A DNA stretch of 64,000 nucleotides from Candidatus Parcubacteria bacterium (GCA_023396915.1 JAEWUV010000006.1:21129-85128); one strand, 5' to 3'. Shown: positions 44,820-54,861, numbered from the stretch's first letter. The notes: generated by a model from the letters alone, not told the origin. Made by a program: numbers and translations.

Positions 44820-45263
44820 GTGTTTGTTGCGTTTGTGTTAGAATTTTTTATGCAATATGAACCGTCCCTTGTTCCAGAATTAATTGTTTTTGATTTTCAA
44901 AAGAGTTTAGATTTTTATACTAAAGTTTTAGGTTTTAAAATTGAATATGATAGACCAGAGAAAAAATTTGCATTGCTTTCATTTGAAAATAGCCAAATAA
45001 TGATTAATGAGTATAACGGTACTTGGGAGACTGGTAAATTAGAGTATCCATTGGGTCGGGGTGTTAATTTTCAAATTGAATGTAGTAATGTTGATTTATT
45101 GGTTAGTCAATTGAGAAAAAATAATTATAAATTGTTTCAAGAAATTGAAGAAAATTGGTATAGAAAGAATAAGAAAGAAGTTGGAAATAGAGAATTTTTG
45201 GTCCAAGATTTAGATGGCTATTTACTGCGTTTTGCTCAGGATTTGGGAGAAAGAGATATCTAG
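44820..45263 (+). CDS. VOC-family (glyoxalase/bleomycin-resistance-like) protein
   Basis: Beta-alpha-beta-beta-beta modules (FDFQKSLDFYTKVLGF, REFLVQDLDGYLLRF). The start may be the internal Met (MQYEPS...). Confidence 0.55.
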   Translation: MFVAFVLEFFMQYEPSLVPELIVFDFQKSLDFYTKVLGFKIEYDRPEKKFALLSFENSQIMINEYNGTWETGKLEYPLGRGVNFQIECSNVDLLVSQLRKNNYKLFQEIEENWYRKNKKEVGNREFLVQDLDGYLLRFAQDLGERDI

Positions 45264-45305
45264 TATTGGTTGTTGGTTGGTGGTATATATTAAAATAATA
45301 AATCC

Positions 45306-45758
45306 GTGAAAGTAAGAAAACTAAGGAAAAGTGAGATAGACATAGTTTGTAAAATTGTTGAGGAGAATTATCCTCCGGGTCATGACGATGAGGATTTAAG
45401 TAAAAAATGCAAAGCAGAGTTAGAGGCGATGTTTGTTCGTTCTGTTATTAAACCTGAATATTATGTGGTGGAGGATAAGGGTGAAATAATAGGTTTTGGA
45501 GGTTTTTTTCAGTCGTGGATGGATTATAATGTTTATGAAATTTGTTGGATAAATATTAGACCATGTTATCAGCTTAAAGAGAAGGGAAGATTTTTAATTA
45601 ATGAACTTATTAAAAGAATCAAAAAAAGAAAAGGTGCCAGATTAGTTTTTTTGGCAGCTATCGTGGTAGATTTTTACAAAAAATTTGGGTTTGAAGACTT
45701 AGAAATTTTTGACGTGGGAGGTTACAAAATTATGTACTTAGACTTAGAGAAAATTTAG
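45306..45758 (+). CDS. GNAT-family N-acetyltransferase
   Basis: Motif A-like region (RPCYQLKEKGRFLINELIK) and a typical ~150 aa size. Confidence 0.55.
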   Translation: MKVRKLRKSEIDIVCKIVEENYPPGHDDEDLSKKCKAELEAMFVRSVIKPEYYVVEDKGEIIGFGGFFQSWMDYNVYEICWINIRPCYQLKEKGRFLINELIKRIKKRKGARLVFLAAIVVDFYKKFGFEDLEIFDVGGYKIMYLDLEKI

Positions 45759-45762
45759 ATTT

Positions 45763-46374
45763 TTATTCTAAAATTCCATCTAAATTGACATCGTAGATGA
45801 TTTCTTCAGATATTAGTCGATAGTTAATGATTTCGTTTTTGTTAAACCAAATTGGAATTTCTTTTTCAGCTTCTTCAACAGATCCAGAAGAATGAATAAT
45901 GTTTCTGACGGCTCTTTTGTCAGCGTTAGCGGCAGTGTAGGAATCAATGGTGAAATCACCGCGAATTGTTCCTGGTGCAGAACTTAATGGTTCGGTAGAT
46001 CCGGTAATTTTTCTAACGATGGCGACTGCTCCCATTCCCTGCCAAACCATAGCGATGACCGGACCACTACTCATAAAATCCATAAGTTGTGATCTAACTT
46101 CTTCGGCAAATGCTTCAGGGGTATCGGCAGGCATGGGTAAGCCTTTTTCTTTGTAAGATTCAAAAGTTTTGTTACCAGTTTTAGTGGCCCATTCGGGGTC
46201 AATAGAATAATGATTTTTAACTGTTTCTTTGTTCGGAGTAAGCATTTTTAAAGCGACTAATTTTAATCCGCAGGTTTCGTATCTTTTAATAACTTCTCCA
46301 ATTAGACCTCTTTGAACTCCGTCGGGTTTAACAATAACTAAGGTTTGTTCTTGTTTACTATCAAAGTTTTTCAT
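45763..46374 (-). CDS. ndk: nucleoside diphosphate kinase (with C-terminal extension)
   Basis: Motifs TLVIVKPDGVQRG and NIIHSSGSVEEAEKEI (NxxHGSD-like). ~50 extra C-terminal residues. Confidence 0.85.
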   Translation of the reverse strand: MKNFDSKQEQTLVIVKPDGVQRGLIGEVIKRYETCGLKLVALKMLTPNKETVKNHYSIDPEWATKTGNKTFESYKEKGLPMPADTPEAFAEEVRSQLMDFMSSGPVIAMVWQGMGAVAIVRKITGSTEPLSSAPGTIRGDFTIDSYTAANADKRAVRNIIHSSGSVEEAEKEIPIWFNKNEIINYRLISEEIIYDVNLDGILE

Positions 46375-46415
46375 AAGTAGTTGTATTGTCTATTAAATTG
46401 GATAAATAATCAAGT

Positions 46416-46769
46416 TTGAAAAAGGAAGTTGTTTATATTGATGTTTATCGATATAATAGTTTTATGGATAAAATTTTTAAGGCATTAGCCGATAGAAACA
46501 GAAGGAAAATATTAACTTTGCTAAAGGATAAAGAATATTCAGTAACGGATTTATTGGTCAATTTTGATATTGGGCAGGCGACTTTGTCCAGCCATTTAGC
46601 GATTTTAAAAAAAGCAGAATTAGTTAATTGCAGAGTAGTTGGTAAACAAAGAATATATAGGTTAAATTGTGAGACACTAACAATTTTTGCCCAAAATTTA
46701 CGTAAATTTGTTGGAATTATAGAGGAAACAGGCATACAGGATATTGCAATAAGACCAAGTCGGGTGTAA
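46416..46769 (+). CDS. ArsR/SmtB-family transcriptional regulator
   Basis: wHTH motif ALADRNRRKILTLLKDKEYSVTDLLVNFDIGQATLSSHLAILKKAELV. Confidence 0.7.
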   Translation: MKKEVVYIDVYRYNSFMDKIFKALADRNRRKILTLLKDKEYSVTDLLVNFDIGQATLSSHLAILKKAELVNCRVVGKQRIYRLNCETLTIFAQNLRKFVGIIEETGIQDIAIRPSRV

Positions 46770-46832
46770 ATTGAAAATAGTTTTATAGTTATTTATTATT
46801 TGCGATAAAGCAATTTTTTAAAATATCCAATA

Positions 46833-47414
46833 ATGAATTTTAAACAAATAAAAAGGAAATATTTTAAGTCAAGTGAAGAAGTTATTAGTATGTTTTTGGG
46901 GTTGGTGATTGTAGTGGTGGTGATTGGTTTGATATTTAATTATTTTCAGAAAAATAAGGGGTCAGTTAATATCCCAGGATTGAATGATGATGTGTCTTTG
47001 AATGGGGATACCATTAGTGGTGACTCCGGTAAATATGAAGTTGTTAAGGGTGATAATTTGTGGAAAATTTCGATGGAAAAATATGGAAATGGATATGCTT
47101 GGACTGAAGTTGCTAAAGCTAATGGGTTGGAAAATCCTTCTGCCATTGAGGTTGGTCAAAAATTAGTTATTCCAGATAAAGTGGTGGTTAATGGTAAAGA
47201 GTTTGGGGTTGTCAGTACTACCAGTGGTGATTCTGATGTTTTGGTTGGTAGTGAATATCAAGTAGCTAAAGGTGATAGTTTATGGAAGATAGCTGTTAAA
47301 GCTTATGGTGATGGTTATCAATGGCCAAAGATTTGGGAAGAAAATAGGGCTAAGTTGCCAAACGCTAATGGTTTGGAAATTGGTATGATGTTGATGATAC
47401 CGAGATTAAATTAA
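46833..47414 (+). CDS. membrane-anchored protein with two LysM domains
   Basis: N-terminal TM. Two LysM repeats (YEVVKGDNLWKIS...GQKLVIP and YQVAKGDSLWKIA...GMMLMIP). Confidence 0.75.
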   Translation: MNFKQIKRKYFKSSEEVISMFLGLVIVVVVIGLIFNYFQKNKGSVNIPGLNDDVSLNGDTISGDSGKYEVVKGDNLWKISMEKYGNGYAWTEVAKANGLENPSAIEVGQKLVIPDKVVVNGKEFGVVSTTSGDSDVLVGSEYQVAKGDSLWKIAVKAYGDGYQWPKIWEENRAKLPNANGLEIGMMLMIPRLN

Positions 47415-47431
47415 GCTATAATTTGTACGTT

Positions 47432-47502
47432 GCGGCTATAGTTTAGTGGTAAAATATGTCCTTCCCAAGGATAGGTCGAGGGTTCAATTCCCTCTAGCCG
47501 CT
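47432..47502 (+). tRNA. tRNA-Gly(CCC), CCA encoded
   Basis: Acceptor stem GCGGCTA/TAGCCGC. Anticodon arm tgtcc-TTCCCAA-ggata. T-loop GGTTCAATTCC. Followed by TCCA. Confidence 0.75.
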
Positions 47503-47513
47503 CCAGAATACGC

Positions 47514-47586
47514 GCCGGAGTAGCTCAGTTGGTAGAGCAAAGCTTTCGTAAAGCTGAGGTCGGGAGTTCGATTCTCCCCTTCGGCT
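47514..47586 (+). tRNA. tRNA-Thr(CGT)
   Basis: D-arm TAGCTCAGTTGGTAGAGC. Anticodon loop tTCGTAa, like E. coli thrW. T-loop GAGTTCGATTCTCCC. One A-G mismatch at the base of the anticodon stem. Confidence 0.65.
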
Positions 47587-47636
47587 CATTAATTAGATAT
47601 TAGTAAAAAAGTAGAAATGTTATACTTTAATATATT

Positions 47637-48353
47637 ATGGCTGAGTTCAAAAGATCAAGATTAATCAGAAAAAATCAAGATCAGATAACAAAAAAAACAG
47701 TTTTTTTGGGTTTTTTGACGATTACTTCTTTGATATTGGTTTTGGTATTTGGTTTACCCCTTTTGATAAAATTTTCGGTTTTTTTGGGTGAAGGAAAAAA
47801 GGATTCTGGTCAGGATGATGAGAAAATATTAGCACCATTAGCTCCGAGATTGATTATTCCATATGAAGCAACGAATAGTGCTGAAATTAAAATAAGTGGT
47901 TTTGCCGAACCTGAGGTAACAGTTGAATTATTTAAAAATGAGGTTTCGGTCGGAACAACGAAGGTGACAGAAAGTGGGGATTTTGTTTTTAATAAAATTA
48001 ATTTAGAAGAAGGTGATAATGGTTTTAGTGCAATTGCCAGTACTGAAAAATCGGGTAATGGCGATGGTTCAAAAACTATTAACGTTGTTTTTGATAAAAC
48101 AGCTCCAAAATTAGAATTAACTAATCCAACTGAAGATAGTTTGACTGTTGATTCAGCAGATTTTGATATTTTAGGAAAAACTGATATAAAGGCAAGTGTG
48201 TCTATTAATAATAGAATTGCTATGGTTGATGGTGATGGAAATTTCAAACTAAAATGGCAGTTAAATACAGGAAAAAATGAGTTGGAAGTAACGTCAACTG
48301 ATTTGGCGGGTAATCAAACTAAAAAGAAAATTTCTATAACTTACAGTCTTTAA
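47637..48353 (+). CDS. membrane-anchored protein with Ig-like/beta-rich extracellular region
   Basis: N-terminal TM, then a Ser/Thr/Gly-rich beta-strand pattern (VTVELFKNEVSVGTTKVTESGDFVF...). No catalytic motifs. Confidence 0.4.
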   Translation: MAEFKRSRLIRKNQDQITKKTVFLGFLTITSLILVLVFGLPLLIKFSVFLGEGKKDSGQDDEKILAPLAPRLIIPYEATNSAEIKISGFAEPEVTVELFKNEVSVGTTKVTESGDFVFNKINLEEGDNGFSAIASTEKSGNGDGSKTINVVFDKTAPKLELTNPTEDSLTVDSADFDILGKTDIKASVSINNRIAMVDGDGNFKLKWQLNTGKNELEVTSTDLAGNQTKKKISITYSL

Positions 48354-49426
48354 AGAAAGATTAGAGCCAGTAGCGTCCATGGATAAAGAAGTGAGTTGGC
48401 AAATAGTGAGTGGATTAAGATTATCCAAATTAATGTTTTTTTGCCTAATGAAATAGATGGATAATAATTTTTAACCCCGAAAAGAAAAAGAGTTGTATCA
48501 ATAATTCCAGTTGAAATTAGTAAGGTTAAAATACTACCATCAAAACCGGAATTAGCGTGGGAATTGGGGTTTTTATTTTCTCTGAATATCGGAATGTTAT
48601 TGTAGCCGATACCTATTATTGGATGTTTGATAAAAAGTTTTAAGCCTTCTTGGTAATTTTGTATTTTGGCAGTTATTGATGAGGTTCTTTCTAATTTAGT
48701 CCCCTCTCCGGGTTGGCGGGGTAAACAAAAAATAGTGAAAGCTATGATAATCAAGCTAATCAAAAAGGGGCGTATTTTTTTAGTAGAAAATGAAATAAAT
48801 GCAAAAGCGCCGACAAATGATAGATAAGTAGAACGACTGTAGGTTAGAGCTATGGCCAAATAAGAAATGGTTAACAAAAATTTACGATAAGGGATTTTTT
48901 TATCAAAATAGATGGTGATAAAAAACATAAGATAAATAAGTCCGGTAAAGGTGGGATCGAAAAAGGTACTGACCAAACGATACAAATGTGGGTCCCATTG
49001 ATTAACATCAAAGTGAGTAAAGTCCGGCCAAAAAAAGTATTGGATGAGGCCGAAAATAATATTAGCAATGAGGAATAAATAAAATAATTGATGTTGTTTT
49101 TTACTTATTTTGGACGGCAAAATAAACAAGGAGAGTAAACAGGTAAAACGGATAAGATAAAAAAGTGAGTTTAAAGAAAATATTTGAAAACGGAAATAGT
49201 TGAAAAGCAACAGAACCCAGGCGTAAACAATAAAATAAAGGAGGTATTTATTGCTTATTTTTAGTGGCTTATTTTTGAAATGAAAAATGATATTAAAAAT
49301 AGACAAAATGACGATGGAAAGATCAATTAGTGGAAAAGAGGTTCCAAATAAATTGAGACGGAATATTTGACCAATAAAAAATGAAAAAAAACAAAGAATT
49401 AAGATTGAGTTTTGTATAAATGCCAT
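48350..49426 (-). CDS. polytopic membrane protein, O-antigen ligase/polymerase (Wzy_C)-like
   Basis: About 10 TM helices with a central extracytoplasmic loop containing YSRSTYLSFVGAF, adjacent to glycosyltransferases. The function is inferred from context. Confidence 0.4.
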   Translation of the reverse strand: MAFIQNSILILCFFSFFIGQIFRLNLFGTSFPLIDLSIVILSIFNIIFHFKNKPLKISNKYLLYFIVYAWVLLLFNYFRFQIFSLNSLFYLIRFTCLLSLFILPSKISKKQHQLFYLFLIANIIFGLIQYFFWPDFTHFDVNQWDPHLYRLVSTFFDPTFTGLIYLMFFITIYFDKKIPYRKFLLTISYLAIALTYSRSTYLSFVGAFAFISFSTKKIRPFLISLIIIAFTIFCLPRQPGEGTKLERTSSITAKIQNYQEGLKLFIKHPIIGIGYNNIPIFRENKNPNSHANSGFDGSILTLLISTGIIDTTLFLFGVKNYYPSISLGKKTLIWIILIHSLFANSLLYPWTLLALIFL

Positions 49427-50172
49427 AGTTTAGCTTTGTTTAAAAAAACATGGAAACTCATGGAAAGAGCCATAATTATACCGGCGGTTCCATCTAAAAA
49501 ACCTAAGCGCAAGAAATAATCTTGAATAAACTTACCGATTGGAAAAAATATAATTTGAAACATGTTTGTTTTGATTTTTTGTTGATAAAGTTCATGGGAG
49601 CGAATGTCAGTATAAAAGTTTATTTTTTGAATAAAAGATTTGATTGTTTGGTGAGAGTAGTGGCTGATGGCAAGTCGTGTTTTTTTAATAAATTTTTGAC
49701 TTTGCCAAATTTCATGAACTTGATTAACAAACTTTCCATAATTTTTATTAAAAAGACGAGTGAAATAAAGATGTGCGTTTTCACCATGTTTTATGGTTTG
49801 ATTTAAAAATATATCCTTTCTTTTAAAAGCGTATGATTTATATCGATGTTTATCGAAATGATTTAAAAATAGGATTAATTCCTTTGTTGGTTGTTCGTCA
49901 GGATCGATAGTAAAAATCCAATTGTGTTTTGATTTTGAGATGCCGAAATTGCGTTGTGAGGCAAAGTTGTTGTTTAAATCACGGCTAAATATTTTGACTT
50001 TTTGGTGTTTTGATTCAAGCTTTTTAATTTGTTCAAGGGTATCGTCAGTAGAATAATCATCGACAATAATTATTTCTTTTATACTTTTACACTCCCCCAC
50101 CCAATTAAAATTCTTTTGTATATTTTCCGATTCGTTTTTGGTGAGGAGAAGAAGAGTGAGTTTATGGTTCAT
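49399..50172 (-). CDS. family 2 glycosyltransferase
   Basis: GT2 N-terminal motifs (LTLLLLTKNESENI, IIIVDDYSTDDT, DxD). Confidence 0.75.
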   Translation of the reverse strand: MNHKLTLLLLTKNESENIQKNFNWVGECKSIKEIIIVDDYSTDDTLEQIKKLESKHQKVKIFSRDLNNNFASQRNFGISKSKHNWIFTIDPDEQPTKELILFLNHFDKHRYKSYAFKRKDIFLNQTIKHGENAHLYFTRLFNKNYGKFVNQVHEIWQSQKFIKKTRLAISHYSHQTIKSFIQKINFYTDIRSHELYQQKIKTNMFQIIFFPIGKFIQDYFLRLGFLDGTAGIIMALSMSFHVFLNKAKLWHLYKTQS

Positions 50173-51259
50173 GTTTGATGTGATTGATGTAGTACTCTAT
50201 TATTTTATCAGAAGTATACTTCCAATCTATCGTATTTATCTGTGTAAATGTTAGTTTGTTTTGGGAAAGAACTTTTTTGAGAATTTTTCTAGCCTGATTA
50301 AGGTTTGAATATAAATAACCATTTATTCCACTTTTGATTATTTCTGATGTACCACCTTCTTTTTTACCTAAAACTAGGCAATTATTTGACGTTGCTTCGA
50401 GAGTGGTTATTCCAAATGGTTCATTTGAGTTGTTTGCCAGGTAGATTGAATAATATTTATATAAGTCGTCTTTAACTTCATCGTCTTCGGTGTTGATTAT
50501 ATTTAAAAATATATTTTTCTTTTTTGCTAATTTATATATAGTTTTACTTTCAGATGTTTCTCTTCCGAGAATAGTGAAGTTATCAACAATTTTGTCTAAT
50601 TGATTTATAGAAAAATCATGTCCTTTGATTTTTGACAATTGTCCAACAGATAGTATTTTTTTATTATTATTGATTATTATTTTTTTAGGTTTGATTGGTT
50701 TTAATCCGGGATAAATAATTGTTGAATTTTTATGGTAGATTTTTTTGAGGTTTTTGGCTGTGAATTTTGAATTGCAGATTATATGTTTGGCTGATTTACA
50801 GTTTTTTATATCGATATATTTTATTGGTAATCGTGTTAGTCGGGATAGCATCTTTTTGGGTGACCGATAATTAAAAGAAGTATTTTCATAAAATTCTCTT
50901 TTAGTTTCTGTGAAGAAATAAATTACTTTTTCTTTGTGTTTTAAATAGCGTAAAAGATATGGTGATTGGGTTAGTAAACAAGGAAAAACTAAAATTAAAT
51001 CATAGTTATTTTTATTGATATCTTCAGTTATTTTTTTGTTTATTGTTTTTAGTTTAAATAAAACTTGAGATAGATTTTGAAAAATATTTTTAGTTTTTCC
51101 AATCTTGTAAATATAAAAGTTGTTAGCTAGGTTGTTTGGGATATTCCTTTGAAGGGAATATATATCAATTTTATTTCTTTGTTTTAGATGTTCAAGTATA
51201 AAAATGATTGAATTTAATGCCCCTCCTTTTTCTAGGTTGTGAAATATTGCTATTTTCAT
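50162..51259 (-). CDS. family 1 (GT4-like) glycosyltransferase
   Basis: C-terminal GT-B motif (SNEPFGITTLEATSNNCLVLG..EGGTSEII). Confidence 0.7.
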   Translation of the reverse strand: MKIAIFHNLEKGGALNSIIFILEHLKQRNKIDIYSLQRNIPNNLANNFYIYKIGKTKNIFQNLSQVLFKLKTINKKITEDINKNNYDLILVFPCLLTQSPYLLRYLKHKEKVIYFFTETKREFYENTSFNYRSPKKMLSRLTRLPIKYIDIKNCKSAKHIICNSKFTAKNLKKIYHKNSTIIYPGLKPIKPKKIIINNNKKILSVGQLSKIKGHDFSINQLDKIVDNFTILGRETSESKTIYKLAKKKNIFLNIINTEDDEVKDDLYKYYSIYLANNSNEPFGITTLEATSNNCLVLGKKEGGTSEIIKSGINGYLYSNLNQARKILKKVLSQNKLTFTQINTIDWKYTSDKIIEYYINHIKHEP

Positions 51260-51274
51260 TAGTATTAATATTAA

Positions 51275-53824
51275 ATGAAAGTAAATTTAAGGGTGGTTTT
51301 ATTTATTTTACTATTTTTTATTTTTGGCAAAACTGTTTTTGCCGAGAGTTATTTTGAGGATGAATTTGATAATTTAGATAACAATAAGTGGATTTATTAC
51401 TGTAATTATTCTTATACAAATCCAAATAATAGAACCGAGTGTATTTTGTCAAATTCTAAAGTTGTTTATGAGGGCGGGTTTGTAAATTTATCTACAAATG
51501 ATTCTGATTTTCCTGTTGTGATATCAAAAAATGATATTGTTCCAACTGACGGGGACTTCTGGATAAGAATTAAATTTCGTTACCCATCAATAACTAATAG
51601 AGGGGTTGGTTTGGGAGTTGGTTTTACGGGTCCTTTTGGTAAATTATTTTCACAGTTTGGTATTTGGAACGATACTAGTAGTGGTCAGGGATTTAAATTT
51701 TATTATAATGATTTTAATGACCAAGGAGCTTGTTCAAAATTTACAGCCTCTACTAGTGATTTATCTGGACGAATAACTCAAACGAATATTGTCTTATCTA
51801 ATAACTATTGGCATTACTTTGATATTTCTAAAGTGGGTAATTTTTATTATGTTTATTTAGATAAGTTTTATGGGAATACTACTCCAATTTTTACAACTGA
51901 GATAAGAAATAATTGTATTCCTAAAATTATATGGTTTGGAAATTTTGTTTCTGATGGTGGTGGTCCTTGGTCTAAATTTTCTCTGGATAAAATTGTTATA
52001 GATGGGAGTGAACCAGTGATTTCTCAGACCCCTACGCCTACCTCCACACCAACTCCAACTCCAACACCGACGGAGGAGCCAGCAGCAACCCCTATTCCAA
52101 CTCAAACACCTATTCCGACACCAACATTGACCCAAACACCAACTCCGACACCGACCGAGGTGTCGAGGAGAAAGAAAATTTTTATACTTCCTGGGTTGGG
52201 AGCAAGTTGGAATTCGAAGGCAATTGTTTATGGAAATAGTGTTGGGGGTGATGAATGGAAAATGACTCCATTTGTTAATAATTATGATGGATTAATAGAG
52301 TTGTTAGACAAAAATGGTTTGGTGAAGAATCAGGATTATTTTGTGTGGAATTATGATTGGAGAAAACCCATTGAAGAAATTAAAAGTAATTTTAATGAGT
52401 TTGTGATTAGTAAGGGATTGAATGAAAACGATGACATTTATTTGGTTGGCCATAGTTTGGGCGGGGTGGTGGCCAGGTTGTGGGCGCAGGATAATAAAAA
52501 CAGGGGAAATGTAAAACGAGTAATTAATTTAGGGTCGCCGAATTTAGGTTCTTTGGATACTTATTCTGTTTGGAATGGAGGGGAAATATTGGAGTATGAC
52601 GGGATAAGTTCTGTGGCTTTTCAAATATTATTGGGTTTACAAAATAAGGGTTTTGTAGTGACGGATCTGGCTAAAATCCGTAATTTTGCTCCGGTAGTAA
52701 AAGATTTATTACCAGTTTTTGATTATATTTCTAAAAATAATGAAATGATTTCTTGGAATAATTTGGATAGTTATAATAGTTATTTGGATGATAAAAATAA
52801 GAATGTTTCTGATGTTTCAGAGAAATTATTTTCGTCGGTGGGGGTCGGAATATCGACCCCAAAAATATTGAAATTGGGGGAAAGGTCGGTTTATGACAGA
52901 GTTTTAGGATTATGGCCTGATGGTGAAATTTTTGGTTTAGCAAAAGGGAATGGTGATATGACTGTTTTGAAAAATAGTTCTTCTTTTGGAACCGGAGAGC
53001 GATTTGAATTAATGACTGATCATGGAGCGATAGTAAATGATTCATTATCCTTTATTGCTGATAAATTAGGTTTGGGGAATAGTGGAGTTGATTTTGTATA
53101 TAAAGATAATTTTAAAAATAGTTTAGTGGTTTTTGTGGGGTCTCCGGTGACGGCTGAATTAAAGTGCGGAGGTGATGTTTATAAGGAAGATGATGGTTTT
53201 ATTGTAGTTGGTGGTAAAAATTATAATGATTGTGATTTAAACTTATCCCCTATTGATAATGGTTTGGTTCACTTGGTTTTTGGTAATACTAAAGAAAATA
53301 AGTGGAAATATGTGGAAAAAGAAGTTGGGGTTGGAGTGACTAATACAGTGGTAGTTAAGTTTGATGATGGGCAAATTTTTGGTGATAATAAGAGTGAGGA
53401 TTTTTTAAGAGAACAAATTAGAAAAGACTTGGATGATTTAGGTTTAATTAGTGCTGTTAGTGATTTTGATCAGAAATTTTTAACTAAAGCGGCGGTGCGA
53501 GTTTTTAAATATCGAGAGGAGACCGATGAAAGGGTTGTTAGTCAGCGTGTTTTGAATAATCTTTTTGATTTAGCAAATTTAATAGCCTGGGATAAAAGAG
53601 TAAATAATTTTAGTTCACTATTAGATTATTTTAGTTTAGTTGAAGGTAGGGTAAAAATGAAATTTGAAAATTCTTCTGTTAGTAAAGATTCGGCGGTAAG
53701 TTTGGCTTTATTGGATGATTTAAAAAAGAAAGTTTTGAATATGTCTGATAATTATTCAGAAACAAGTTATTCAATGGTGATGGTGTTGGCGAGTGGGTAT
53801 GGGGCAGAGGCGTTGAGGGATTAG
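51275..53824 (+). CDS. secreted alpha/beta-hydrolase (lipase/esterase-like) with N-terminal beta-rich domain and Pro/Thr-rich linker
   Basis: Signal peptide. N-terminal ~240 aa domain. PT-repeat linker (PTPTSTPTPTPTPTEEPAATPIPTQTPIPTPTLTQTPTPTPTE). Lipase nucleophile elbow IYLVGHSLGGVVARLW (GHSxG). ~330 aa C-terminal region of unknown function. Confidence 0.6.
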   Translation: MKVNLRVVLFILLFFIFGKTVFAESYFEDEFDNLDNNKWIYYCNYSYTNPNNRTECILSNSKVVYEGGFVNLSTNDSDFPVVISKNDIVPTDGDFWIRIKFRYPSITNRGVGLGVGFTGPFGKLFSQFGIWNDTSSGQGFKFYYNDFNDQGACSKFTASTSDLSGRITQTNIVLSNNYWHYFDISKVGNFYYVYLDKFYGNTTPIFTTEIRNNCIPKIIWFGNFVSDGGGPWSKFSLDKIVIDGSEPVISQTPTPTSTPTPTPTPTEEPAATPIPTQTPIPTPTLTQTPTPTPTEVSRRKKIFILPGLGASWNSKAIVYGNSVGGDEWKMTPFVNNYDGLIELLDKNGLVKNQDYFVWNYDWRKPIEEIKSNFNEFVISKGLNENDDIYLVGHSLGGVVARLWAQDNKNRGNVKRVINLGSPNLGSLDTYSVWNGGEILEYDGISSVAFQILLGLQNKGFVVTDLAKIRNFAPVVKDLLPVFDYISKNNEMISWNNLDSYNSYLDDKNKNVSDVSEKLFSSVGVGISTPKILKLGERSVYDRVLGLWPDGEIFGLAKGNGDMTVLKNSSSFGTGERFELMTDHGAIVNDSLSFIADKLGLGNSGVDFVYKDNFKNSLVVFVGSPVTAELKCGGDVYKEDDGFIVVGGKNYNDCDLNLSPIDNGLVHLVFGNTKENKWKYVEKEVGVGVTNTVVVKFDDGQIFGDNKSEDFLREQIRKDLDDLGLISAVSDFDQKFLTKAAVRVFKYREETDERVVSQRVLNNLFDLANLIAWDKRVNNFSSLLDYFSLVEGRVKMKFENSSVSKDSAVSLALLDDLKKKVLNMSDNYSETSYSMVMVLASGYGAEALRD

Positions 53825-54861
53825 AGTTTGTGGATTTCGGAAAGTAAGACTTCTAGAATTTTTTCTTCTGGAACGGTGCAGATGATTTGATCTTTTTTGA
53901 AGATTACGCCTTGATGGTGTCCACCGGCAATGCCGATGTCGGCTTCTTTTGCTTCTCCCGGTCCATTAACAACGCAGCCCATAACAGCAACTGTGATGGG
54001 TTTGTCGATACTAGTTAATGCTTTTTCAACTTTGTTGGCTAATCCAATTAAATCAATTTCGGTACGACCACAGGTGGGGCAAGAAATTAGATTGACTCCC
54101 CTACTTCGAAGTTTTAGTGATTTTAAAATTTCCCAACCAACGCGAACTTCTTCGAGTGGGTCTCCTGTTAAAGATACTCGAATGGTGTCACCAATGCCTT
54201 TGAAAAGCATGATTCCTAGTCCAACGGAGCTTTTGACTGTTCCGATGTTTATGGTGCCTGCTTCGGTGATGCCGAGGTGTAATGGGTAACTAACTTTTTT
54301 GGATAATAATTCGTAAGCCTCGACGGTCCGTTGAATATCAGAGGCTTTCATAGAAATAACAATGTTGTAGAAATGAAGTTTCTCTAAAATTTTGATATGA
54401 CTCAGGGCACTTTCAACCATGGCTTTGGCGGTGCGGCCATATTTTTTTTCGGCTCCTTTTTCTAGCGAACCGGTGTTGATACCGATACGAATGGGAATAT
54501 TTTTGTCTTTGCAGGCATCGACAACTTTTTTGACATTTTGATTGGATCCGATATTACCAGGGTTAATACGAACTTTATCCACTCCGTTTTTTATGGATTC
54601 TAAGGCTAAATTATAATCAAAATGGATGTCAGCAACTAAGGGAATGTGAATATTTTTTTTGATATCTTTGATGGCTTTGGCGGCAGTCATATCGGGAACA
54701 GCAACACGAATAATTTCACAACCGGCTTTTTCAAGTTCTAAAATTTGTTTGACAGTAGATTTTGAATCTCGAGTATCAGTGTTGCACATGGATTGAACTC
54801 TGATTGGATTGTTTCCTCCGATTTTTAGATTACCTATTTGAACAACACGTGTTTGTTTCAT
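53821..54861 (-). CDS. ispG: 4-hydroxy-3-methylbut-2-enyl diphosphate synthase
   Basis: GcpE motifs (VRVQSMCNTDT, GINTGSLEKG, Fe-S Cys motif CPTCGRTE). The start was moved to the internal Met (MKQTRVVQ) because the longer ORF overlaps tRNA-Val. Confidence 0.85.
   Translation of the reverse strand: MKQTRVVQIGNLKIGGNNPIRVQSMCNTDTRDSKSTVKQILELEKAGCEIIRVAVPDMTAAKAIKDIKKNIHIPLVADIHFDYNLALESIKNGVDKVRINPGNIGSNQNVKKVVDACKDKNIPIRIGINTGSLEKGAEKKYGRTAKAMVESALSHIKILEKLHFYNIVISMKASDIQRTVEAYELLSKKVSYPLHLGITEAGTINIGTVKSSVGLGIMLFKGIGDTIRVSLTGDPLEEVRVGWEILKSLKLRSRGVNLISCPTCGRTEIDLIGLANKVEKALTSIDKPITVAVMGCVVNGPGEAKEADIGIAGGHHQGVIFKKDQIICTVPEEKILEVLLSEIHKL

Noticed and set aside
52020-52170. Tandem nucleotide repeat that could be mistaken for a CRISPR or satellite
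   Set aside because: It is in-frame coding repeat for the Pro/Thr linker of the secreted lipase. It has no spacer/repeat architecture.
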